From: Bacillota bacterium
GTDB taxonomy: Bacteria > Bacillota > Clostridia > Christensenellales > CAG-917
Direction of reading: 5' to 3'
DNA: 64,000 bases
Assembly: GCA_023665365.1 (NCBI GenBank)
Contig: JAMPEA010000002.1
Location: 5,051 to 69,050 of the forward strand
The position numbers and the translations under genes were made by a program. This document shows, one piece after another, positions 23,455-31,201 of the stretch; positions within the stretch are counted from its first letter, which is position 1; each line of letters starts with the position of its first letter. The notes under the pieces are model-generated. The model was not told the origin of the DNA, ran no database searches, and saw only the letters and a list, made by a program, of their open reading frames with translations.

Positions 23455-25389
23455 TTATATATTTTTTACTTTTTTCTTCTTGCCGAACGTCGAGTTCCTC
23501 ATTGCGTTGAGTATCGCTATCACCGCTACGCCTACGTCGCCGAGTACGGCTATCCACATATTTGTGATGCCAAGCGCGCTGAGTATGAGTATCGCGACTT
23601 TCACCAAAATCGAAAACAGAATATTTTGATAGGCTATGCCCATTGTCTTTTTTGCAATGCGTTTTGCAAGCGGAAGTCCGCGCAGGTCGTCTTTCATCAG
23701 CACTACGTCGGATGCCTCTATCGCCGCGTCGCTTCCGACTCCGCCCATCGCTATGCCTATGTCTGAGCGCATAAGCACGGGCGCGTCGTTGATGCCGTCG
23801 CCGATGAAGCACACAACTTCGCCTTTCTTTTTGTCCGCAAGCAATTTTTCGACTTCGGCAACCTTGTCTTGCGGGAGCAGCGACGATTTGTATTCCGATA
23901 CGCCTGCCGCCTTTGCCACCTCGCTTGCAACCGCGCCGTTGTCGCCTGTCAGCATTACGGTACGTGCGCCCATTGCGTTTAAATCCGCAATCACGTCGGC
24001 GGTCTCGTCTTTGAGCTCGTCGGCGATGAGGATATAGCCCGCAAATTCGCCGTCCTTTGCGACGTATACTGCTGTGCCAGCTTTCTCGTTTGCAACGTAG
24101 GATATGCCGTGTTCGCTCATCAGCTTTTCGTTGCCGCAGAGTACGGTCGTCGTTCCGTTTGTCGCAATCACGCCTTTGCCGCTTACGTCTGTTAGGGTGT
24201 AATCCGCTTCGACGGCTTTGCCGTAGGCGGATATTATGGATTTTGCTATCGGGTGGGATGAGCCTTGCTCCGCGACGGCGGCGAGGCGCAAAATCTCCTC
24301 TTTGCGCTCGGCGGGGTAGACCTCCGTCACCGCGAAATTGCCCTTTGTGAGAGTGCCCGTCTTGTCGAATACGAATACGTTGGCTTTTGCAAGCTGTTCG
24401 ATATAGTTAGAACCCTTTATCAATATATGGCGCTTGGAGCTTGCGCCTATCCCCGCGAAGAATGACAGCGGAATGGATATGACGAGCGCGCAGGGGCAGG
24501 ATACGACTAAGAAGCTCAAAGCGCGATACGTCCAAATCAGCCAGTCGCCTGTGACCGCACTCGGAATGATGAGCAGGGCAAGCGCGAGAAATACGACCGT
24601 CGGGGTGTAGTATCTTGCAAACTTGGTGATAAAAGTTTCCGTTTTGGATTTTTTGTCCGATGCATTTTCCACGAGGTCGAGAATTTTGGATACGGTGCTA
24701 TCGTAAAACTCCTTTTCCACGCGCACCTCGATTTGCGCGGTTAGATTTACGAAACCGCTCAAAACTTGGTCGCCCTCGCGGATTTCGCGGGGAAGGGATT
24801 CGCCCGTGAGCGCCTTAGTATCGAGCGAGGTCGCGCCATTGATGCAAACGCCGTCGAGAGGGATTTTTTCACCTGGGTTGATAAGTATGATTTCGCCGAT
24901 TTTGACTTCGCTCGGGTCTATCGTTTCGACCTTTCCGTCGCGCAGTACGTTGGCGCTGTCGGGGCGAATGTCCATAAGTGATGAGATGGACTTTCTCGAT
25001 TTTGCCGTGGCGTATCTTTGGAAAAATTCGCCAACTTGATAGAACAGCAAAACCGCGCACGCCTCGTCGAAGCCCTCCGTAGATTGCCCGAGAACTCCGC
25101 GCGTTATGCCCAACGCGAACGCTCCGAGCGTCGCGATGACCATAAGGAAGTTTTCGTCGAAAACCTGTCCGTGACAGATATTGCGCGCGGCTCTGAAAAG
25201 CACGTCGTAGCCGATGACGGCGTATATCGCAAGATACAAAAACAAGGGGAGCAAAAAGCCGAGTTTGCCGCCTACACGCGCGGCGAGGTCAAGGCTTTTG
25301 TCAATCGCAATCAGCACGATAAACGCGGCGAGAGATACGATTATGCGAATTAGAATTTTTTGTTCTTTTTTACTTAAAGACAGTTTCAT
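23455..25389 (-). CDS. heavy-metal translocating P1B-type ATPase (Cd/Zn/Co-type CPC)
   Basis: 'TGES', 'SCPCALV', 'DKTGTLT', 'GDGINDAP'. No fused N-terminal HMA domain. Confidence 0.9.
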   Translation of the reverse strand: MKLSLSKKEQKILIRIIVSLAAFIVLIAIDKSLDLAARVGGKLGFLLPLFLYLAIYAVIGYDVLFRAARNICHGQVFDENFLMVIATLGAFALGITRGVLGQSTEGFDEACAVLLFYQVGEFFQRYATAKSRKSISSLMDIRPDSANVLRDGKVETIDPSEVKIGEIILINPGEKIPLDGVCINGATSLDTKALTGESLPREIREGDQVLSGFVNLTAQIEVRVEKEFYDSTVSKILDLVENASDKKSKTETFITKFARYYTPTVVFLALALLIIPSAVTGDWLIWTYRALSFLVVSCPCALVISIPLSFFAGIGASSKRHILIKGSNYIEQLAKANVFVFDKTGTLTKGNFAVTEVYPAERKEEILRLAAVAEQGSSHPIAKSIISAYGKAVEADYTLTDVSGKGVIATNGTTTVLCGNEKLMSEHGISYVANEKAGTAVYVAKDGEFAGYILIADELKDETADVIADLNAMGARTVMLTGDNGAVASEVAKAAGVSEYKSSLLPQDKVAEVEKLLADKKKGEVVCFIGDGINDAPVLMRSDIGIAMGGVGSDAAIEASDVVLMKDDLRGLPLAKRIAKKTMGIAYQNILFSILVKVAILILSALGITNMWIAVLGDVGVAVIAILNAMRNSTFGKKKKVKNI

Positions 25390-25444
25390 AGTATTATTTT
25401 GTAGTGAAAAAGTGTCGTTTTGCGCATTTTGCGATAAATGTTTA

Positions 25445-25663
25445 TCAGTGGACTATTATGCAGTCGGGCTCGATTTTTTTGCAGATTTTGATTGCCTCGT
25501 TCAAAACGTCGTCAAAGCGGTCGTCGTCCGCCTCGATTGTCAGCTTTTGCGACATAAAACTAACCGTCGCGCTTTTTACGCCGTCAATCTTGTTGATGCC
25601 GCGCTCCATCTTTGCGGCGCAGTTTGCGCAGTCCAAATCTTTGAGTCTGAAAACTTTTTTCAT
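25445..25663 (-). CDS. heavy-metal-associated (HMA) domain metallochaperone
   Basis: 72 aa with 'LDCANCAAKMERGINKIDGV' CxxC motif. RBS AAGGAG. Confidence 0.8.
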   Translation of the reverse strand: MKKVFRLKDLDCANCAAKMERGINKIDGVKSATVSFMSQKLTIEADDDRFDDVLNEAIKICKKIEPDCIIVH

Positions 25664-25681
25664 AGCTTACTCCTTTGCTAC

Positions 25682-25723
25682 ATTATATGCTTGATTATTT
25701 ATTTACTTGAACAATCATTCAAG
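25682..25723 (-). promoter_or_regulatory. promoter with overlapping palindromic operator for the HMA/ATPase unit
   Basis: Minus-strand -10 TATAAT (25682-25687). Palindrome CTTGAAcaatcaTTCAAG (25706-25723) covers the -35 region. Confidence 0.55.
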
Positions 25724-25731
25724 TATTTGTG

Positions 25732-25757
25732 TTTTAAAAAAGAGTTACAACTCTTTT
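25732..25757 (-). terminator. terminator-like hairpin ending the arsR transcript
   Basis: Stem aagagtt/aactctt with a T-run on the minus strand. Confidence 0.45.
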
Positions 25758-26026
25758 ATGTGTAGAGGTGAAAGGTTTTTAATCCTCTCGTTCTTGTAAA
25801 TTCGCAAAAGTGGCAATTCACTTGCCGCTTTTGCAACCTATTAGCAAAATTTGAGGCTCTGCTCAAATTTTGCGTGACGATTGCGCTCACAGCAAAACTC
25901 GCAAATTTGTTTTATGATAATACTTTTATGTTACTCGCCAAATTTGCGATTTTGCGTACCGCAGTGCCTAAACTCAAAACGTTTCGTTTTGGGTTTAGAC
26001 GCGAGGTGTGACATTCGGCGCAATAC

Positions 26027-26359
26027 TTATTCCTCGTTTATATGCGTGATGCCGCTCTCTATGATTTGCACGACATGGTTGTCGTCAAGGCAGTATTTCA
26101 CCTCTTTGCCCAGCTTGCTCGCCTTGACCAGCTTCGCCGCGCGTAAAACCCTAAGTTGATGCGACACCGCCGATACGCTCATGCCTACAATCTCGGCGAT
26201 TTCGTTTACAAACAAATCTCTCACCGCAAGACAGCTCATAATCTTTGCGCGCGTCGGGTCGCCGAACACCTTGAAGAACTCGGCAACCGCGGTTATAGTC
26301 CCGTCGTCGGGGAGCTTGTTGCGCACGTATTCTACGGTCTGTTTCTCGTCCATGGACAT
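26027..26359 (-). CDS. ArsR/SmtB-family metalloregulator
   Basis: 'FKVFGDPTRAKIMSCL' and wHTH 'VNEIAEIVGMSVSAVSHQLRVLRAAKLV'. RBS GAGGTG. Confidence 0.88.
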   Translation of the reverse strand: MSMDEKQTVEYVRNKLPDDGTITAVAEFFKVFGDPTRAKIMSCLAVRDLFVNEIAEIVGMSVSAVSHQLRVLRAAKLVKASKLGKEVKYCLDDNHVVQIIESGITHINEE

Positions 26360-26367
26360 TCACCTCA

Positions 26368-26425
26368 TTTGAACAGTTGAAAGATTGTTCAAATATAGTA
26401 TACGTATCGGCGGCGTACTTGTCAA
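26368..26425 (-). promoter_or_regulatory. sigmaA-type promoter plus TTTGAACA-N10-TGTTCAAA operator for arsR
   Basis: Minus strand TTGACA (26420-26425), 17-nt spacer, TATACT (26397-26402). Inverted repeat at 26368-26393 between the -10 and the RBS. Confidence 0.65.
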
Positions 26426-26509
26426 CGGTTTTTTTAAATTTGTCGAACTTTTGCAAATCTTAGGCTATAAAATAAAGTAATTTTATAGATAAAAACTTAT
26501 CTATATTAG

Positions 26510-26539
26510 TTGCGGATTGCATTTTTTTAATGCTATAAT
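26510..26539 (+). promoter_or_regulatory. promoter of the decarboxylase operon (extended -10)
   Basis: TTGCGG (26510-26515), 18-nt spacer, TGcTATAAT (26531-26539). Confidence 0.5.
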
Positions 26540-26567
26540 GCAACCGAATATTTTGTGGAGGGCAAAA

Positions 26568-27971
26568 ATGGAAACAATTCACAAGACCCAAAAGGTTCAG
26601 TTTACCGAGACGGTTTTGCGCGATGCCAACCAATCGCTGATTGCGACGCGCTTGCCGTATTCTAAGTTTGCCGACATTCTCCCCGTGATGGACAAGGCGG
26701 GATATTATTCCGTCGAGTGCTGGGGCGGAGCGGTGTTCGACGTATGTTTGAGATTTTTGGACGAGGACCCTTGGCAGAGACTGCGCAACATGCGCAAGGC
26801 TATGCCCAATTCCAAGCTCCAAATGCTGCTCAGAGGGCAAAATTTGCTCGGATATAAACACTATCCCGATGAAATCGTCAAGATGTTTGTCGAAAAATCC
26901 GTCGAGAACGGGATTGACGTAATTCGTATTTTCGACGCGCTCAACGACCTGCGCAATATCGAGACGGCTACAAAGACCGCCATCAAGTGCGGCGCTACGG
27001 TGTCGGGCACGCTCAGCTACACGCAGAGCCCCGTGCACACTCTCGAAGCCTTTGCTAAGCAGGCTAAGGAAATGGAAAATATGGGAGTCTCCACCGTCTG
27101 CGTCAAGGATATGGCGGGCGTTATGACTCCGCAGGAGGCATACGAGCTCATCGGCGCAATCAAGAGCGAAGTCAAAGTGCCGGTCGTACTGCATACGCAC
27201 TGCACGACGGGCATGGCGTTTATGACCTACCTTAAAGCAATCGAGGCGGGCGTTGACGTTATCGATACGGCTACGTCCTGCTTCTCGGGCGGCACGAGCC
27301 AACCCGCAACCGAGACGCTCAACTACGCGCTAAAACAGCTCGGCTACGAGACGGGGCTCGACGACGCGGTGCTTAAAGAGGTCAACGATTTCTTCAAGCC
27401 CATTCGTGACGCATACATAAAGGACGGCACGCTTAATCCCAAGATGATGGCGACCGACACCGACGCGCTCAACTACAAAGTGCCGGGCGGCATGCTTTCC
27501 AACCTCGTGTCGCAACTCAAAGCGCAAAACGCTATGGATAAATTCGAAGAAGTGCTCATCGAGACGCCCAAGGTCAGAGCGGACCTCGGCTATCCGCCTC
27601 TCGTCACGCCTATGAGCCAAATGGTCGGCGTACAGGCGACCAACAACGTGCTTTCGGGCGAGAGATACAAAAACATTTCCAAAGAGGTCAAGGCGTACTG
27701 CCGCGGCGAATACGGCACGTCTCCCGCGCCCATCAATCCCGAGGTCAGCAAGAAGGCGCTCGGCGACGAGCAGCCCATCGAGGGCAGATACGCCGATACG
27801 CTCGAACCCGTATTCGACAAGACTAAAAAGGAACTCGAAGGCATCGCCAAAAACGACGAGGACGTGCTTTCCTATATCCTCTTCCCGCAGGTCACTGAGA
27901 AGTATTTCGACGCTCGCAAAGCCAAGGAAGAGAAAATCGTCAAATACACAATCGAGCCTGTCGAGGAGTGA
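26568..27971 (+). CDS. oxaloacetate decarboxylase alpha / 5S-type carboxyltransferase subunit, lacking a biotinyl domain
   Basis: 467 aa with 'FTETVLRDANQSL' and 'VLHTHCTTGMA' (HMGL-like/PycB-like). RBS GGAGGG. Confidence 0.85.
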   Translation: METIHKTQKVQFTETVLRDANQSLIATRLPYSKFADILPVMDKAGYYSVECWGGAVFDVCLRFLDEDPWQRLRNMRKAMPNSKLQMLLRGQNLLGYKHYPDEIVKMFVEKSVENGIDVIRIFDALNDLRNIETATKTAIKCGATVSGTLSYTQSPVHTLEAFAKQAKEMENMGVSTVCVKDMAGVMTPQEAYELIGAIKSEVKVPVVLHTHCTTGMAFMTYLKAIEAGVDVIDTATSCFSGGTSQPATETLNYALKQLGYETGLDDAVLKEVNDFFKPIRDAYIKDGTLNPKMMATDTDALNYKVPGGMLSNLVSQLKAQNAMDKFEEVLIETPKVRADLGYPPLVTPMSQMVGVQATNNVLSGERYKNISKEVKAYCRGEYGTSPAPINPEVSKKALGDEQPIEGRYADTLEPVFDKTKKELEGIAKNDEDVLSYILFPQVTEKYFDARKAKEEKIVKYTIEPVEE

Positions 27972-27979
27972 GGTGACGT

Positions 27980-28435
27980 ATGAATTTTATGCTTTTAAGC
28001 GCCGTTCTCGATAAGGACGAGCATATAAAAGTCGTTGACGCGCTCCTGCTTGCGGTTATAGGCATTGCGATAGTCTTTGTCGTGCTCATCGTGCTTATGC
28101 TTGTAGTCACCTGCTTGGGCAAGGCGTTCGACGGCAGCGAGAAGCTCAAAGCCGAGCACCCCGAGTGGGGCGAAAAGATAAACGCGTTCAAGTCGAAGTT
28201 GATGTTTTGGAAGAAAGGCGATAAAAATGCAAACGTCGGCGCGAGCGGAGACTCTCAGCAGAGCAAAAGCAACGAAGTTGCCGAAGTGGCAGTCGGCACT
28301 TGCGGCGAGCTTAAACTCATCAACACGGACGAGCGCGACGCGGCTATGATTATGGCTATCGTTGCAGACAGCACGGGCACGCCGCTCAACGAATTGCGTT
28401 TCAAATCCATAAAGAAAGCGGAGGATAATGAATAA
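27980..28435 (+). CDS. OadG-like gamma subunit of Na+-translocating decarboxylase
   Basis: Single N-terminal TM 'LLLAVIGIAIVFVVLIVLMLVV'; position in the operon. Confidence 0.65.
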   Translation: MNFMLLSAVLDKDEHIKVVDALLLAVIGIAIVFVVLIVLMLVVTCLGKAFDGSEKLKAEHPEWGEKINAFKSKLMFWKKGDKNANVGASGDSQQSKSNEVAEVAVGTCGELKLINTDERDAAMIMAIVADSTGTPLNELRFKSIKKAEDNE

Positions 28436-28833
28436 TGATATATAAGGTCACTTTAAACGGAAAAATATACGAAGTAGAGGTTGAAAAGGGCGAGGCGGTC
28501 GTCAAGTCGGAATACGAGGCAATGCTTCCGCAAGCCGCTCCCGTCGCACCCGCAGTCGCGGCTTCTGCGCCTGTTGCTCCCCAAGCAACCGCCGCACCCG
28601 CTCCCGCGGGCGCAGTAAGCGCCGCCGCAATCACCGCGCCTATGCCCGGCAATATCAACGCCGTCAAGGTCACGAGCGGTCAAGCGGTTAAAGAGGGCGA
28701 CGTACTCATCATTTTGGAAGCTATGAAGATGGAAAACGAAATCACCGCGCCCAAGGCGGGCAAAGTCGGTCAGATTTTCGTGCATAAGGGCGCAACGGTC
28801 GAGACGGGCGCGCCTCTCGTTGAGGTTCTTTAA
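28435..28833 (+). CDS. biotin carboxyl carrier (biotinyl/lipoyl) protein
   Basis: 'ILEAMKMENEI' biotinylation motif, Ala/Pro linker, TAATG overlap with the upstream gene. Confidence 0.9.
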   Translation: MIYKVTLNGKIYEVEVEKGEAVVKSEYEAMLPQAAPVAPAVAASAPVAPQATAAPAPAGAVSAAAITAPMPGNINAVKVTSGQAVKEGDVLIILEAMKMENEITAPKAGKVGQIFVHKGATVETGAPLVEVL

Positions 28834-28844
28834 GGAGTTCGGAT

Positions 28845-30023
28845 ATGAATGTAGGAGAAATTCTTAAAAATCTTGGCGAAAGCACAGGCTTCGCGCAGTT
28901 CGGAGGAGCGGGCTGGAAGTCGATTATAATGATTATAATCGGTCTGTTTTTCCTGTGGCTCGCTATCAAAAAGAAGTTTGAGCCGCTGTTGCTTGTGGGT
29001 ATCGCGTTCGGCATTATACTTACAAACCTCCCAGGCGGCGGACTTTATCACTCGGATTTCTGGAATAGCACGTCCATTGATTACGGAAAGGTTTTGAAAG
29101 AGGGCGGATTGCTCGATATACTCTACATAGGCGTTAAGACCGGCGTATATCCCTGCTTGATTTTCATCGGCGTCGGCGCTATGACGGACTTCGGTCCTAT
29201 GCTGTCGCGTCCAAGCTCGATGGTGCTCGGGGCGGCGGCGCAGGGCGGCATATATCTCGTGCTTATCCTCGCGGTTGCGACCGGTATGTTCAGCGGCGGC
29301 GAAGCGGCTTCGATTTCGATTATCGCGGGCGCGGACGGACCTACGGCTATCTTCCTTACAAAGACGCTTGCTCCTAAACTGCTCGCGCCTATCGCGGTCG
29401 CGGCGTACTCGTATATGGCGCTCATTCCGCTTTTGCAACCTCCGTTTATGAAACTGCTCACCACAAAGAAAGAGCGTATGACCGTCATGACGACCACCCG
29501 CAAGGTCAGCAAAAAGGAAAAAATCATCTTCCCGATTTTGGTTACGATTATCGTATCTCTGCTTTTGCCGTCAGTTGCGCCTCTGCTCGGCTGCCTTATG
29601 TTTGGCAACCTGCTCAAAGAGTGCGGCGTAACCGAAAGGCTTTCCGACACCGCGCAAAACGCGCTTATGAATATCGTCACGCTGTTCCTCGGCATCTCGG
29701 TCGGCGCAACTGCAATCGGCGCGACGTTCCTCCAAGTGGAGACGCTACTCATCATCGTGCTCGGGCTTTTGGGCTTCGTTCTTGCGACGGTCTGCGGCTT
29801 GCTCATCGGCAAACTGCTTTACGTCATCTCCAAGGGCAAAATCAATCCGCTCATCGGGTCTGCGGGCGTATCCGCCGTGCCTATGGCGGCGCGCGTATCC
29901 AACACGGTCGGCTTGCAGTATAACAAGGGCAACTACCTTCTTATGCACGCGATGGGTCCGAACGTGGCGGGAGTGATTGGGTCGGCGGTGGCGGCGGGCT
30001 TCCTCCTTGCCGTCTTTGGCTAA
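28845..30023 (+). CDS. Na+-translocating decarboxylase beta subunit (OadB/GcdB/MmdB family)
   Basis: 392-aa polytopic protein with 'ADGPTAIF' and 'GSAGVSAVPMAARV'. RBS AAGGAG. Confidence 0.88.
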   Translation: MNVGEILKNLGESTGFAQFGGAGWKSIIMIIIGLFFLWLAIKKKFEPLLLVGIAFGIILTNLPGGGLYHSDFWNSTSIDYGKVLKEGGLLDILYIGVKTGVYPCLIFIGVGAMTDFGPMLSRPSSMVLGAAAQGGIYLVLILAVATGMFSGGEAASISIIAGADGPTAIFLTKTLAPKLLAPIAVAAYSYMALIPLLQPPFMKLLTTKKERMTVMTTTRKVSKKEKIIFPILVTIIVSLLLPSVAPLLGCLMFGNLLKECGVTERLSDTAQNALMNIVTLFLGISVGATAIGATFLQVETLLIIVLGLLGFVLATVCGLLIGKLLYVISKGKINPLIGSAGVSAVPMAARVSNTVGLQYNKGNYLLMHAMGPNVAGVIGSAVAAGFLLAVFG

Positions 30024-30041
30024 AATTTTACAAATATTGAA

Positions 30042-30077
30042 CGCGCCCTCATATTTGAGGGTGCGTTTCTTTTTTTG
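30042..30077 (+). terminator. rho-independent terminator of the decarboxylase operon
   Basis: Stem cgcgccctca/tgagggtgcg followed by T-rich 'tttcttttttt'. Confidence 0.75.
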
Positions 30078-30388
30078 TAAAATTTTAGCCAACTACCGCG
30101 CAAAACATTTTTGCTAAGGTTTCTTTGAAACATTACGCAAAAATCTTTTGCTTGGTGATTAACCCCACAAAATGGAATTTTGTGGGGACCCCGAGGGACG
30201 ATTTTTTACTCGTCACGTACGACTTGTACGTTGGGCGAGATAAAAAATCGCCTCTTTCGCGTCCTGCATCTAAATTACAAGGTTTTATCGCTGCTAAAAT
30301 TTTGTTGGAACCTCATCTAAATGACGAGCTTTTACTATTTTTAAACATTTTGTAAAATTTTAGCCAACTACCGCGCAAAACATTTTTG
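30073..30388. repeat. perfect 41-nt direct repeats bracketing a 234-bp hairpin-rich segment (includes repeat copy B)
   Basis: 'ttttgtaaaattttagccaactaccgcgcaaaacatttttg' occurs at 30073-30113 and 30348-30388. Internal 10-bp hairpin ccccacaaaa/ttttgtgggg (30163-30187) and a long imperfect hairpin at 30199-30251. Confidence 0.85.
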
Positions 30389-30518
30389 ATTGTCAATGTT
30401 TGATGGAGAACTTTGGAGCTTTTTAATGGGGAACTTTGGAGTAATCGGCTTGATTGGATAATTGAAACTTTCGGCTAATTTAATATTCAATATTATTATA
30501 GCCGATAAAAGATAAATG

Positions 30519-30728
30519 TCAATCTTGGCAAAGAATATAATTTGTATCTACGTCCAAAATTTTGCAGAGGTTGGCGAGAGTGTCGAGTGCGGGCATTTTT
30601 ACGCCACGAACGTAGCAAGAAATTTGTTGCGACCTAATGCCCAACCGTCTTGCTATTTCACTTTGACTTAACCCGCTTTGATTTATAGACTCCGCCAATC
30701 TCTTTTGTATGTTGTCGAGTGTAATCAT
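30519..30728 (-). CDS. XRE-family HTH regulator (cI-like position)
   Basis: 'LSQSEIARRLGIRSQQISCYVRGVKMPALDTLANLCKIL'. RBS AGAGGT. Confidence 0.85.
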   Translation of the reverse strand: MITLDNIQKRLAESINQSGLSQSEIARRLGIRSQQISCYVRGVKMPALDTLANLCKILDVDTNYILCQD

Positions 30729-30759
30729 ATATGACCTCTTATATTATTTTTGAATATTG

Positions 30760-30834
30760 TACACCCAATAGGTGCAATTTTCTTGACTTCTACCCAACGG
30801 GTGTAGTATTATCAAACTACACCTAATGGGTGAA
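30760..30834. promoter_or_regulatory. three TACACC-N5-GGTGNA operator-like sites in a divergent promoter region
   Basis: Sites at 30760-30776 (TACACCcaataGGTGCA), 30789-30805 (degenerate left half, GGTGTA right half) and 30818-30834 (TACACCtaatgGGTGAA). TTGACT at 30783-30788. Confidence 0.6.
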
Positions 30835-30853
30835 AATGCTTTGGGAGTATATT

Positions 30854-31072
30854 ATGAAAAAGCAAAATCAGCAGACGATTTTTTGTAAAGAGGATTTTAA
30901 ATGGCATTATATTTCGTTTTATCTTGACAGCTTATTAGGGTCTGTTCCGATTGACGATGAGGAGTTTCTTAAACTTTTTAAGGCAGTGCAAGACTACGTC
31001 GAAAAAAAGGTGTTTACAAAAATAGCGGGCGACCCTGTGGATATGTACGTCATCATTGAAAGAAAAGTATAA
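30854..31072 (+). CDS. small hypothetical protein (72 aa, cro-like position)
   Basis: ATG 30854 with a GGGAG RBS. No recognisable family. Confidence 0.45.
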   Translation: MKKQNQQTIFCKEDFKWHYISFYLDSLLGSVPIDDEEFLKLFKAVQDYVEKKVFTKIAGDPVDMYVIIERKV

Positions 31073-31201
31073 TTTGCGCTGGAAAATTTTATTTTAATTT
31101 TATTGCAAATGGGTATTTACAATATACGTTATAAAGGTATAAAATATATAAGCAATATATTCGCGCGCTACGCGTACGCGCGTAGGTATGGGAGAAAGAT
31201 T

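Noticed and set aside
23275-23766. 163-aa plus-strand ORF
   Set aside because: It starts in the repeat-rich spacer and runs antisense into the ATPase 3' end. It has no RBS.
26460-27302. 280-aa minus-strand ORF
   Set aside because: It is antisense to the well-supported carboxyltransferase gene.
30125-30355. 76-aa ORF inside the structured repeat segment
   Set aside because: It has no RBS and coincides with hairpins and direct repeats, so it is more likely non-coding.
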